Part shown: positions 8,732 to 18,467 of the stretch, in pieces
Layout of the letters: the number at the start of each line of letters is the position of its first letter
Numbering within the stretch: the first letter of the stretch is position 1
Assembly: GCA_029821195.1 (NCBI GenBank)
Contig: JALGTU010000001.1
Location: 8,707 to 72,706 of the forward strand
Source of the DNA: Candidatus Zipacnadia bacterium
GTDB lineage: Bacteria; Armatimonadota; Zipacnadia; Zipacnadales; Zipacnadaceae
Direction: 5' to 3'
DNA: 64,000 nucleotides
The notes under the pieces: generated by a model
Told to the model about the DNA's origin: nothing
The model's database searches: none
What the model saw: the letters and a program-made list of their open reading frames with translations, nothing else
Translations under genes and position numbers: made by a program

Positions 8732-8840
8732 TTGCCGGAGCAGGTCTTCCCGCAGCCCGCATATCCCCACAATCATGGTTAAGTAACTTCATGGAAAATC
8801 ACTGGCGGCGACCATCTCACAAGCAGGAAAAGGTCGGGCA

Positions 8841-11513
8841 ATGACGACTCAGCAACTGAGAGAACTGTTCTTAAACTTCTTTGAAGAGCGGGGCCATCTG
8901 GTCCGGCCCAGCGCGCCACTGCTGCTGCACGACGATCCCACCAGCTTCTTTACCAGCGCAGGCATGCAACCGTACATGGGCGCGTTTCGCGGCCAAGAGG
9001 AGCCGCCCGCGCCCCGCGTGGTCAGCATCCAAAAATGCACCCGCACCGGGGACATCGAAGGCGTCGGCTACCTCAACCGCTATCACACCTTCTTTGAAAT
9101 GCTGGGCAACTTCTCGTTCGGCGATTACTTCAAGCAGGGCGGCATCGAGCTTGCCTGGGAGTTCGTCAGCGACGTGCTGGGGCTGCCGCTGGAGCGCCTG
9201 TGGTTCACCGTGTTCACCGAAGACGACGAGGCCGAAGAGATCTGGCACAAGCATATTGGCATCCCAATGGAGCGGCTGCGCCGGATCGGCCGGGAGGATA
9301 ACTGGTGGCCGAAGGTCCGCTGGGAGGGCCCCTGTGGCCCGTGCTCGGAGATATTCTACGACCTGGGTCCAGAGCGGGGATGTCCCGGCGGCTGCGAGGT
9401 GGGCTGCGAGCGGTGCGAGCGGTACCTCGAGCTGTGGAACCTGGTCTTCCAGATGTACACCGAAGCTGAGGACGGCACGCTGACGCCGCTGCCCCAACCC
9501 GGTATTGACACCGGTATGGGGCTGGAGCGCCTGGCCCTGGTGATGCAGAACAAGCGCTTTACCGCTGAGACTGATGAGCTTTTCCATATCCTGACCCGCA
9601 GTCTAGAGCAGATTAACCAGTTTCGCGACCAGCCCTATGAATATGGCCGGGATGAGGCGACTGACGTCGGCCTGCGGGTCATCGCCGACCATCTGCGCGC
9701 CACCGCTTTCCTGATGGCGGACGGCGTGGTGCCGTCCAATGAGGGGCCGGGATACGTCCTGCGCCGGCTGATTCGCCGCGGTTACCGCTTCGGCCAGCAA
9801 GCCGGCGCCCAGGGGCCGTTCCTGCATGAGGCCCTGCCCGCGGTGGCCGAAGCTATGGGCAGCGCCTATCCAGAGATCACGACCAACATAGATTACCAGC
9901 AGAAAGTCGTCCAGGCCGAAGAAGAGCGCTTTGCCTCCACGCTGGCGCAGGGCATTGATCTATTCGAAGAGATCGCCGACCAAATCCGCAAGAGCGGCGA
10001 AACCGTCATTCCGGGTGCGCAGGCGTTCCGGCTGCACGATACCCACGGCGTCACCATTGACATCACCCGCGACTTGGCCGCCGAAAAGGGTATGACCATA
10101 GACGAGGCTGGCTTCGAACGGGCCATGCAGGAGCAGCGCGAGCGCTCGCGCCGGCAGGCCCTTGGCGAGTATGGCAGTGGCTTGTCAAGCAGCTCGAGTT
10201 CAAGCAGCTCGAGTTCCTCTCGCCTATTGAAGAGCACTTTCGTTGGCTACAAGTTAGACATCACTGAAACGAAATTGCTGGGTATCTTGAAGGAAAATGA
10301 GGAGGTTCAGAGCGCTGGCGAAGGCGAGGAAGTCCAGGTAGTGCTCGAGGAGACGCCCTTTTACGCCGAGCGAGGCGGCCAGGTCGGTGACACGGGAGTA
10401 ATCGAGGGCCCCAACGGCCAATTCCAGGTTGACAATACCGTACCCAGAGCGAACGTGATATTGCACTCAGGCACAGTGACCGAGGGCGAAATCAACGAAG
10501 GCGAGAAGGTAGTTGCCCAGGTTGATGAGGAGCGCCGCAAGGCTATCCAGCGTCATCATACGGCTACTCACCTGCTCCAGGCAGCGCTGCGCCAGTTCCT
10601 GGGCGACCACGTACGCCAGTCGGGCTCGCTGGTCGCTCCGGACCGCCTGCGCTTCGACTTCACCCACCACGAGGCGATTGGCGACGAGACCCTCGAACAG
10701 ATCGAAGACCAGGTCAACGCCTGGATACTGGCCGACCTGCCAGTAGTATGCAGCGAAGAATCACTGGACGAAGCCAAGAACAAGGGGATAATCGCCCTGT
10801 TCGGGGAGAAATACGACGACGTAGTGCGGGTAGTGCGAGTCGGCGAGGTTAGCGCGGAGCTATGCGGTGGCACGCACTGCGCGCGTAGCGGCGAGATCGG
10901 CCTGCTCCGTATAACCAGCGAAAGCAGTATCGCCGCCGGTATTCGCCGGATCGAAGCAGTCGCCGGCCACGCTGCCTTTAACCGCAGCCGCGCACTGGAG
11001 AAGATTCTCACCACGGCAGCGCATGAGCTTAACTGTCCTCCCGAGGAGCTGCCCACGCGCCTGGCCGGGCTCCAGCAGCAGATTTCCGAGATAGAAAAGC
11101 AGTTGCAGCAGGCCCGGCGGATGCAGGCTATCACGAATATCCCTGAGATCATTGAGGGGACCGTGCCAATCGGCCCGGCGAACCTGATCACGGCCCGCAT
11201 TGAGCAGGCCGACGACGAAACCCTCGGCAGTCTCGCGGACCAGCTTGCTGCGACGACTCCCGACAGCATTGTGTACCTGGCGGGTATCAAAGGTGACAGC
11301 ACAACGCTGGCAGTAAAGGTTAGCGAGCACTTGATCCCTCAGGGCTACCATGCTGGGGATATTATGGCGGCTACGGCTCCGTTGGCTGACGGTGGTGGTG
11401 GCGGCGGTCCTAGCTTTGCCCGCGGCGGGGGCAAAGCCAGCCAGCTCGACGAGGCCTTTGCAGGTCTGCGCCGTTATCTTGAAGAACAAGCAAGTCAAGA
11501 GGATTCCGAGTAA
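8841..11513 (+). CDS. alaS: Alanine--tRNA ligase.
   Basis: 890 aa carrying the class II AlaRS motifs (FTSAGMQPY, FEMLGNFSFGDY, WNLVFMQY), the editing-domain HxxxH, and a C-terminal DHHA1 domain. Confidence 0.95.
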   Translation: MTTQQLRELFLNFFEERGHLVRPSAPLLLHDDPTSFFTSAGMQPYMGAFRGQEEPPAPRVVSIQKCTRTGDIEGVGYLNRYHTFFEMLGNFSFGDYFKQGGIELAWEFVSDVLGLPLERLWFTVFTEDDEAEEIWHKHIGIPMERLRRIGREDNWWPKVRWEGPCGPCSEIFYDLGPERGCPGGCEVGCERCERYLELWNLVFQMYTEAEDGTLTPLPQPGIDTGMGLERLALVMQNKRFTAETDELFHILTRSLEQINQFRDQPYEYGRDEATDVGLRVIADHLRATAFLMADGVVPSNEGPGYVLRRLIRRGYRFGQQAGAQGPFLHEALPAVAEAMGSAYPEITTNIDYQQKVVQAEEERFASTLAQGIDLFEEIADQIRKSGETVIPGAQAFRLHDTHGVTIDITRDLAAEKGMTIDEAGFERAMQEQRERSRRQALGEYGSGLSSSSSSSSSSSSRLLKSTFVGYKLDITETKLLGILKENEEVQSAGEGEEVQVVLEETPFYAERGGQVGDTGVIEGPNGQFQVDNTVPRANVILHSGTVTEGEINEGEKVVAQVDEERRKAIQRHHTATHLLQAALRQFLGDHVRQSGSLVAPDRLRFDFTHHEAIGDETLEQIEDQVNAWILADLPVVCSEESLDEAKNKGIIALFGEKYDDVVRVVRVGEVSAELCGGTHCARSGEIGLLRITSESSIAAGIRRIEAVAGHAAFNRSRALEKILTTAAHELNCPPEELPTRLAGLQQQISEIEKQLQQARRMQAITNIPEIIEGTVPIGPANLITARIEQADDETLGSLADQLAATTPDSIVYLAGIKGDSTTLAVKVSEHLIPQGYHAGDIMAATAPLADGGGGGGPSFARGGGKASQLDEAFAGLRRYLEEQASQEDSE
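10185..10220 (+). repeat. Tandem 15-nt repeat (TCAAGCAGCTCGAGT x2, plus TCCTCT) encoding a 12-residue poly-Ser tract inside alaS.
   Basis: Direct reading of 10185..10220. The protein context is GSGLSSSSSSSSSSSSRLL, in the linker before the editing domain. Confidence 0.85.
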
Positions 11514-11941
11514 TGAAGACTTTAGGGCTGGATGTCGGGGACAAGCGCATCGGCGTAGCAGTCAGCGATGACGAGGGTCAGATCGCGATGCCGGTGACGA
11601 CGGTGGCAGGTGATGAGGCGCCAGGCGAGGTAATCGCAGACATCCTGGATATTGCCCGCAATTATGAGGCCGAGAAGATCATAGTGGGAATGCCAACCGG
11701 CCTGAGCGGCGAGCCCGGACCGGCGGCCCAGAAGGTGGCCGAGTTCGTCCGCGCTTTGCAGGCGCATACTGACCTCGCAGTCGCCGTCTGGGACGAACGG
11801 CTAACTACGGCACTGGCCGAGAAGACGATGCTGGCCGCGGACGTGAGCCGGCGGCGGCGCCGGCACAATATTGACAAAGTGGCCGCTGCATTGATCCTGC
11901 AAAACTACCTGGATGCACACGCCGATGACGAAGTCCACTGA
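11513..11941 (+). CDS. ruvX: Holliday-junction resolvase-like YqgF/RuvX.
   Basis: MKTLGLDVGDKRIGVAVSD... ATGA overlap with the alaS stop. The alaS-ruvX-mltG order is conserved. Confidence 0.9.
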   Translation: MKTLGLDVGDKRIGVAVSDDEGQIAMPVTTVAGDEAPGEVIADILDIARNYEAEKIIVGMPTGLSGEPGPAAQKVAEFVRALQAHTDLAVAVWDERLTTALAEKTMLAADVSRRRRRHNIDKVAAALILQNYLDAHADDEVH

Positions 11942-12986
11942 CCGCCCCGGCCAGCGCGCCACTGGGGGAAAACCGGCGCTGGGGCTACTTCTGGTCGTTG
12001 TCGTGGCCGTGGTCGTGGCTGGCATATCTTACGTCGGGGCGCTGGGCCCGGTTGACCCAAATAGCGGCTCGGTCAAATCGCTGGTGCACATCAAAAACGG
12101 GGCCGGATTGGCCGAGATCACGGAGTTGCTGGCGGACCACAACTGCCTGCGCTCTCCGCTTGCCTTTAAGCTGCACGCGCTGGTCACCGGGCAAGCGGGC
12201 CAGCTTAAAAGCGGCACGTACGAGGTTTCGCCCGCGATGTCGGTGGCGGACATAATCCGAATGCTGGTGGAGGGCCGGCAGGCGACGGTGACTGTTACCA
12301 TACCCGAAGGCTTCAACCTTGCTCAGATCGCCCGGCGATTGGCCGAGGCCGGTCTGGTTGACGAAAAACAATTTGAGGTGGCCGCAACGGCCCAAGCGGT
12401 GGAAGAAGCACTGAAGGTGAAACTGCCCGACGGGGCGCGCACTGCCGAGGGGTATCTCTTCCCGGAGACCTACACTTTTGCCCTGGGCACCTCGTCTGAG
12501 AACATTGCGGCAAGGATGCTGGCGGAATTTGACGACCGTTTCGTTAAAGAGCTGTGGCAGAATGTACCGCCCGAACGACGCTGGGGTAGCCTCCACGAAG
12601 TCGTCACGCTGGCCTCGCTGGTCGAGGAGGAGGCGCAACTGGAATCGGAGCGTGCGCTCATTGCCGGAGTGCTGCGCAACCGTCTCCAGCGGGGGATGCG
12701 CTTGGAATGCGACGCAACGGTGCTATACGCCCTGGGTGAGCACCGCTCCCAGCTTACCTACAAGGATTTGGCGATAGATTCGGCGTATAATACGTACCGG
12801 CACACGGGCCTACCGCCCGGACCGATATCCAGCCCGGGACTGGCCTGTCTACAAGCTGCGCTTAAGCCGGTGCAGACCGAATACCTTTTCTATGTGGCGC
12901 GCGGCGACGGTGGTCATATCTTCTCTCGCACCTACGAGGAGCACAATGCCGCAATCAGCCAAGTGCGAGACGGAGCAGAGAGGTAA
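11913..12986 (+). CDS. mltG: Endolytic murein transglycosylase MltG (YceG family).
   Basis: N-terminal TM segment followed by a YceG-like domain (GYLFPETY, AGVLRNRL, ECDATV). Overlaps the ruvX end. Confidence 0.85.
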   Translation: MHTPMTKSTDRPGQRATGGKPALGLLLVVVVAVVVAGISYVGALGPVDPNSGSVKSLVHIKNGAGLAEITELLADHNCLRSPLAFKLHALVTGQAGQLKSGTYEVSPAMSVADIIRMLVEGRQATVTVTIPEGFNLAQIARRLAEAGLVDEKQFEVAATAQAVEEALKVKLPDGARTAEGYLFPETYTFALGTSSENIAARMLAEFDDRFVKELWQNVPPERRWGSLHEVVTLASLVEEEAQLESERALIAGVLRNRLQRGMRLECDATVLYALGEHRSQLTYKDLAIDSAYNTYRHTGLPPGPISSPGLACLQAALKPVQTEYLFYVARGDGGHIFSRTYEEHNAAISQVRDGAER

Positions 12987-12989
12987 GAA

Positions 12990-13559
12990 TTGCTAGAGCG
13001 ATTCTGTCCCGACGAAATCGTACGCCGCCTGGAGAACATTGACCAGCAGGCCCTGCTTGACCGAGGGATCAAGGGGCTGCTCATTGACGTGGACAATACT
13101 CTGGTCAACTGGCGGGGTCATCACATACCCAAGCAGCGGGTCGCGTGGCTCAACAGAGCCAAGGACAACTTCGCAATCTGCCTGCTGAGCAACAGCATTA
13201 CCGCGCGCCGATTGCGACACCTGGGCAAAGTCCTGGCGCTGCCCTATGTCGGCCGCTGGGGTTGGGGCCGCAAGCCCTTTGGTGGCGGCTACCGCGAAGC
13301 CATGCGACAGACCGGCGTAGCTCCCGCCGAAACCGCGATGATCGGCGATCAGCTTCTCACCGACATCTTCGGGGGCAATCGCCTGGGTATGCACACCATC
13401 TTGGTGCATACCCTCAGCGATGCGGAGTTCTTTATCACCCGCGTCAACCGGTGGATAGAGGCCATAATCAGAGGACGGTTGGTCCGGCGGGGCACCTGGC
13501 CTCCGCTCACGGGCTGCGAAATGATCCCAGAAGCGGAGCCAGGCCATGCCTCGGAATAG
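12990..13559 (+). CDS. YqeG-family HAD-IIIA phosphatase.
   Basis: DVDNTLV (HAD motif I), LLSNS, IGDQLLTD. TTG start. Sits in the conserved position upstream of aroE. Confidence 0.8.
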   Translation: MLERFCPDEIVRRLENIDQQALLDRGIKGLLIDVDNTLVNWRGHHIPKQRVAWLNRAKDNFAICLLSNSITARRLRHLGKVLALPYVGRWGWGRKPFGGGYREAMRQTGVAPAETAMIGDQLLTDIFGGNRLGMHTILVHTLSDAEFFITRVNRWIEAIIRGRLVRRGTWPPLTGCEMIPEAEPGHASE

Positions 13560-14436
13560 CTCGGTCGAGATTGATGGAGCCACCCAGGTAGTCGGGGTAA
13601 TCGGCTGGCCGGTGAAGCACAGTCTTTCGCCGCCGATGCACAACGCCGCCTTCCGGGCGCTAGGCCTTAATTGGGTCTACGTTGCCTTCGAAGTGCATCC
13701 TGACGGCATTGCTGAGGCAATGGCCGGACTGCGGGGGCTGGCGATCCGTGGCCTTAACGTCACCATCCCCCACAAGGCGGCAGTCGTCCCCCACCTCGAC
13801 GAAATCTCGCCGGTCAGCCAGACGCTCGGCGTGGTCAACACCATTGACAACGTTGACGGGCACCTCAGCGGCGACAGCACCGATGGCCCTGGCTTCATGC
13901 GTGCGCTGGCCGAAGCCGGCGAAGGCGTCACTGAGAACCGGGTTGTGCTCATCGGCGCCGGCGGCTCGGCGCGCGCCGTAGCTCTGGCGGCAGCCGAGGA
14001 AGCACCTGAAGAACTGGTCATCGTCAACCGCACTCTGGAGCGGGCCATCGAGTTAGCCGAGCTGGTCAAGCAGGCTGGCCGGGTGGAGGCCGTGCGCGCA
14101 ATCGCGCTGGACAGCCCCGAAGTTGCCGATGTCGTCAACTCAGCTCACGTCATCATAGATTCGACGCCCGTGGGTATGTATCCGCACGCCGACGTCGCCC
14201 CGGTCATCTCCCCGAAGTGGCTCCGACGGTGCCAATTGGTCTGCGACCTTACGTATAATCCTCGCAATACTGTTTTGCTCCAGGCCGCCCGCGAGGTCGG
14301 GGCCCGGGCGCTCGATGGCACCGGCATGCTGGTTCATCAGGGGGCGATCGCATTCGAGCGCTGGACGAGCCAAGAGGCGCCAGTCGAAGTGATGCGCCTG
14401 GCCTTGCTGGAGGCCCTGGATCGTGCCGCCAGATAA
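13546..14436 (+). CDS. aroE: Shikimate dehydrogenase.
   Basis: VIGWPVKHSLSPPMHNAAF..., NVTIPHK, and the GAGGSARAV Rossmann motif. Confidence 0.9.
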   Translation: MPRNSSVEIDGATQVVGVIGWPVKHSLSPPMHNAAFRALGLNWVYVAFEVHPDGIAEAMAGLRGLAIRGLNVTIPHKAAVVPHLDEISPVSQTLGVVNTIDNVDGHLSGDSTDGPGFMRALAEAGEGVTENRVVLIGAGGSARAVALAAAEEAPEELVIVNRTLERAIELAELVKQAGRVEAVRAIALDSPEVADVVNSAHVIIDSTPVGMYPHADVAPVISPKWLRRCQLVCDLTYNPRNTVLLQAAREVGARALDGTGMLVHQGAIAFERWTSQEAPVEVMRLALLEALDRAAR

Positions 14437-14461
14437 CATCCACGAGGAGTAGCCGCAGGCG

Positions 14462-15553
14462 ATGCGCATCGCGCTCGTGCACGACTATCTAATGCAAGGG
14501 ATGCGAGGGGCGGAGCGGGTGCTGGCCGTCTTCCACGACCTGTACCCCGACGCGCCCATCTATACGCTGCTGTATGACCCCGAGCGGATGGGCGCGGCCA
14601 CAGAGGGCTGGGACATCCGCACCTCGTTCCTGCAAAGACTGCCCGGTGCGAAGCCGCTGCATCGCAAGCTCTTCCTGCTAATGCCGCCGGCGGTGGAGCG
14701 GCTGGACCTGCGTGAATACGACCTGGTCATTAGCGCCAGCAGCGCGTGGGTCAAGAACGTCCGGCCGGCTCCGAGCGCAACGCACATCTGCTACTGCTAT
14801 TCTCCCGCGCGCTTCCTGTGGCACTGGAGCGAGGAGTATATCCGCAGCCTGCGCGCCGGCCCGATTGCCCGCGGCCTCATTCGAGCCACTTTACCCCGCC
14901 TGCGCCGCTGGGATAAGCGCAGCACCCCGCGAGTAACCGATTTCGTGGCGATATCCCGGACCGTCCAGGAGCGGATCCGCCGGTATTTCGAGCGCGATTC
15001 GGTGGTGATCCATCCCCCGGTGGACACCGAGCGCTTCCAGCCGGTGGAGGGGCACGAAGACTACTTCCTGATTGTCAGTAATCTGAATCCATACAAGCGC
15101 GTGGACCTGGCGATCGAGGCATTCAATCGCCTCAAGCTACCCTTGATAGTGGTCGGCCGCGGCCCGGAATACAAACGCCTGCGGCGGCTGGCGGGTCCAA
15201 CCGTAGAACTGTTGGGGTGGCGGGAAGACGAGGAGGTCACCGAGCTGGTGGCCCGCTGCCGGGCCTTTGTGATGCCCCAGGAGGAGGATTTCGGCATCAC
15301 GCCGCTCGAGGCTCAAAGCAGCGGTCGGCCGGTTATTGCCTACGGCGCCGGCGGCGCGCTGGAGACCATCATGGAGGGGGCGACCGGGCTTTTCTTCAGC
15401 GAACAGACGCCGGAATCACTGTGCGCGGCGGTTGAACGCTTTGAAGAAATGCAGTTTGCTCCCCACGCCTGCCGAGGCAACGCTCTGCGCTTCTCGGTGC
15501 CCCGCTTCAAGCAGCAGTTCACTGCCCTTGTCCAGGAAGTGTTGGCCCGATAG
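14462..15553 (+). CDS. GT4-family glycosyltransferase (RfaB-like).
   Basis: GT-B fold with the E-x7-E-like region FGITPLEAQSSGRPVIAYGAGGALETI. Confidence 0.8.
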   Translation: MRIALVHDYLMQGMRGAERVLAVFHDLYPDAPIYTLLYDPERMGAATEGWDIRTSFLQRLPGAKPLHRKLFLLMPPAVERLDLREYDLVISASSAWVKNVRPAPSATHICYCYSPARFLWHWSEEYIRSLRAGPIARGLIRATLPRLRRWDKRSTPRVTDFVAISRTVQERIRRYFERDSVVIHPPVDTERFQPVEGHEDYFLIVSNLNPYKRVDLAIEAFNRLKLPLIVVGRGPEYKRLRRLAGPTVELLGWREDEEVTELVARCRAFVMPQEEDFGITPLEAQSSGRPVIAYGAGGALETIMEGATGLFFSEQTPESLCAAVERFEEMQFAPHACRGNALRFSVPRFKQQFTALVQEVLAR

Positions 15554-15562
15554 GCTCGGATG

Positions 15563-16576
15563 CTAGTTGGCAGCCGCCTGTTCCTGCTCGTGCAGAGCAA
15601 GCAACCCTGTCCCAATCAGCGTGGCCTCGGGGCCCAAAGCCGCCCGGACAATCAGCAACTTGCCAAACTCGGCCCGATAGTCGGCGTATTCAGGCAGCTT
15701 GCGGCGCAGCGGATCGAGCAAGGTATCGCCGGCCTGTGCCATCCCGCCCCCGACTACAATGACCTCGGGCAATACCAGACTCCACATGCTGCCCAGCGCC
15801 GCGGCCAAAGCGTCGGTGAGGCCATCAGCTATCTTCAGAGCAGTTGCATCGCCATCGTCAGCAGCCGCAAAAAGGGCCCGGGCGGTGGGATTGTGCGGAT
15901 CATCGGCGCGCTGCGCGATCAGACTTTCCGGATCCTGGCGCACCGCCTCGGCAAGCTGCCGCTCAATGTCCGCAGTGCTGAACACCGTCTCCAGGTGCCC
16001 TATCGCCCCGCACCGGCAGCGCTTGCCCCGGTAATCAATCACGATGTGGCCGATCTCCATCCCCGAGCCAAATGCGCCGCGGTAAACATCCCCACCGATG
16101 ATCAAGCCGCCCCCGACTCCGGCTCCCAAGGTAACGCAGAAGACCGGGTCGTACCCTCGTCCGGCGCCGGCCACGGCTTCGGCGTACGCGGCACAGTTGA
16201 CATCATTGTCAGCGTATATGGGCAGCCCGAACTCTTCGGTGCAGAGCTGCTCGAAATCGGTGCCCTGCAGCCCGGGTATGTTCGAGGGATCACTCAGCAC
16301 CGTGCTGGAAGCGAAATCCACAGTGCCCGCGCAGCCGATGCCGGCGGCAACGACCTGCTCGATCGGTACGGCCCCCTCCCCGAGGAGTACGTGGCCTACC
16401 TCCAGAAGCAACTCTTGGGCCCGCTCGCCTCCTTCGGATAAGCCGTCATATTCCCGCTTGACGACCAGCGACTCGCCACCCGCGCCAGCCAGCTTGCCTT
16501 GCCCATTGACGATGCCGCCGGCGATCTTCGTCCCGCCAATGTCCAGGCCCAGGGCCCACGTGCGTTCGTCAGTCAT
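15563..16576 (-). CDS. ROK-family sugar kinase (glucokinase / N-acetylhexosamine kinase-like).
   Basis: LGLDIGGTKIAGG, CRCGAIGHLE (ROK zinc motif), and a GxGxGG ATP loop. Confidence 0.85.
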   Translation of the reverse strand: MTDERTWALGLDIGGTKIAGGIVNGQGKLAGAGGESLVVKREYDGLSEGGERAQELLLEVGHVLLGEGAVPIEQVVAAGIGCAGTVDFASSTVLSDPSNIPGLQGTDFEQLCTEEFGLPIYADNDVNCAAYAEAVAGAGRGYDPVFCVTLGAGVGGGLIIGGDVYRGAFGSGMEIGHIVIDYRGKRCRCGAIGHLETVFSTADIERQLAEAVRQDPESLIAQRADDPHNPTARALFAAADDGDATALKIADGLTDALAAALGSMWSLVLPEVIVVGGGMAQAGDTLLDPLRRKLPEYADYRAEFGKLLIVRAALGPEATLIGTGLLALHEQEQAAAN

Positions 16577-16631
16577 AGCGGTCCTCTGAGTGTGTGAATT
16601 ATGCAGCGGCTCGAATATGCCGGCTGCCAGG

Positions 16632-18434
16632 TTATTGCCGGCCTGGAGGCGGCTCCGAGGGTAGATCCGGGGGCCGAAGCAACTCGCGAATACTCAGCCA
16701 GATAATCTCGGGCAGGGCCACCAGCCGGGGCAGGCGATGGGGCTCTTTGATCGTGCGGTAAAGCCACTCCAGTCCCGCCCGCTGCATCCAGACCGGCGCA
16801 CGCATCTTGCGGCCGGAGATGACGTCCAGACTGCCACCGATCCCGATACAGATTGGCACATTCAACTCTTCCAGATGCGCCTTGATCCACTTCTCCTGCC
16901 GGGGTATACCCAGCGCCACCAGCAGTACGCCGGGACGCTTCCGGCGGATATCCTCAACTATCTCCGCCTCTTCTTCAGCAGTAAAGTAGCCGTGCTGGCA
17001 GCCGGCGATCTCCAGGCCAGCAATACGCTCCTGGAGCTTAGCCGCGGCCTCCTCGGCAATGCCCGGTTCGCCACCGAGCAAGTAGACCGTCCGGTTGCGG
17101 TTCGCCGCGGCCTGGCAGAGCTGCTCGACCATATCACACCCGGCACAGCGCACATCCACGGGCAGATTGAGCATCCGCGCGGCCAGGACAACGCCCGCGC
17201 CGTCGGGGGGCACCAGGTCAGCATCCTCGATGATCTCGCGGAGTTCCTCGTCCTGCAGTGCCTTCACCACCGCCGAGGCGTCGGGGGTCACTATCATGTG
17301 GGGGCGATCTTCTTCCAGGAAACGCTCGGCCTCGTCCAGCGCGGTGTCCAGAGTGATTGGATTCAGGGGCATACCCAGTAGACGCACCTGGCCCGGCTCG
17401 TGGGCCGCTCGCTCACCCGCTGAGCGCGGCAGCAGCCTGAGCAGGATATAGAAAAACAGCAGGCCAAAGACTATCGCCCCCGCGACAACTATGATCTTTA
17501 CCACGAAAGTTATCTCGATGATCCCGACCAGCAGCAAGGCCAGCAGACACAGGTAGACCGTGCCGCCCAGCAAGATCCCGATGACCTGGCGCTGGCTGTA
17601 GCCCTGGCGCAGCAGCAGGTCGTGCAGGTGCCCGCGCCGCTCGGTGAAGACGACGGCTCGCCAACCCCGGCGCAACTCAGCCGCGTAAGTGAATGTCGCC
17701 GCAAACAGGGGCACGCCGACCACGATCAGGGGCAGCAAAGCGACCAGGAAGGCGGTATTCTTCAGGGCACCCATTATGGACAGCGCGCCAATGAGGTAAC
17801 CGACCGTGTAGGCGCCGGCGCTGGCCCGCGCGTGGCTGAGCATCCGGGCGAAGGGCACCTGGACGAGAGCAGCGCCGCACATCGTCACCGCCACAAAGGC
17901 CGCCTGCGGGTGAGTTATCGTGGGCTGGAGCTGGCAGATCAGGAAAAGCGTCCCCGCCGCCAGCCCCGCTACTCCCAGCGGCACCGCCAGGATACTCGCC
18001 GCCTGCGCGAAGAGCACCGAACAGATCACTACCCACAGCACGGTCACCACATGGCCAAACCAGCCGAGGAAGATGTAATTCTGGCTGAAGGGGAGATTGA
18101 CCACCTGGACAGTTATGCCCTGGTAACTGAGCAGCGCCGCGATGAGAGCTACACCGACTATTGCCAGCCACCAGGCGCGCCGCCAGGTATCGGCCAGAGC
18201 AGCCACCAGGAAAACAATGGCCCCGCCAAACAGGATGGCGGGCAGTTGGGTCGCGACATCCAAGTATGGCCACCAGGCGACAGCCAGCGCCACCAGCACG
18301 ATCAAGCCGGAAAAGTCGGCGCGGGCATACGGGCCACCGGGCCGCGACAGCCGCCCGCGTTCCCACAGGTAGACAATTGCTGCCGCGGGCAGAGCTACCG
18401 CAACGCTTGTCAGGAAACCGATCAGATTGCTCAT
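16632..18434 (-). CDS. Fusion of an N-terminal polytopic membrane domain (~330 aa, ~10 TM helices, family not assigned) to a C-terminal WecB/TagA/CpsF (GT26) glycosyltransferase domain.
   Basis: C-terminus: LGMPLNPITLDTALDE..TVYLLGG..GYF..VLLVALGIPRQEKWI..GIGGSLDVISG is GT26. The N-terminal half is hydrophobic and lacks the WecA/MraY DDxxD and DGxDGL motifs. Confidence 0.75.
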   Translation of the reverse strand: MSNLIGFLTSVAVALPAAAIVYLWERGRLSRPGGPYARADFSGLIVLVALAVAWWPYLDVATQLPAILFGGAIVFLVAALADTWRRAWWLAIVGVALIAALLSYQGITVQVVNLPFSQNYIFLGWFGHVVTVLWVVICSVLFAQAASILAVPLGVAGLAAGTLFLICQLQPTITHPQAAFVAVTMCGAALVQVPFARMLSHARASAGAYTVGYLIGALSIMGALKNTAFLVALLPLIVVGVPLFAATFTYAAELRRGWRAVVFTERRGHLHDLLLRQGYSQRQVIGILLGGTVYLCLLALLLVGIIEITFVVKIIVVAGAIVFGLLFFYILLRLLPRSAGERAAHEPGQVRLLGMPLNPITLDTALDEAERFLEEDRPHMIVTPDASAVVKALQDEELREIIEDADLVPPDGAGVVLAARMLNLPVDVRCAGCDMVEQLCQAAANRNRTVYLLGGEPGIAEEAAAKLQERIAGLEIAGCQHGYFTAEEEAEIVEDIRRKRPGVLLVALGIPRQEKWIKAHLEELNVPICIGIGGSLDVISGRKMRAPVWMQRAGLEWLYRTIKEPHRLPRLVALPEIIWLSIRELLRPPDLPSEPPPGRQ

Positions 18435-18467
18435 CGCGTCCCTACACGCCTGCCTGACCTCTACGCA

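Noticed and set aside
8732-8840. Possible T-box or leader upstream of alaS.
   Set aside because: The interval is only ~110 nt. It has no T-box or F-box motifs and no terminator hairpin.
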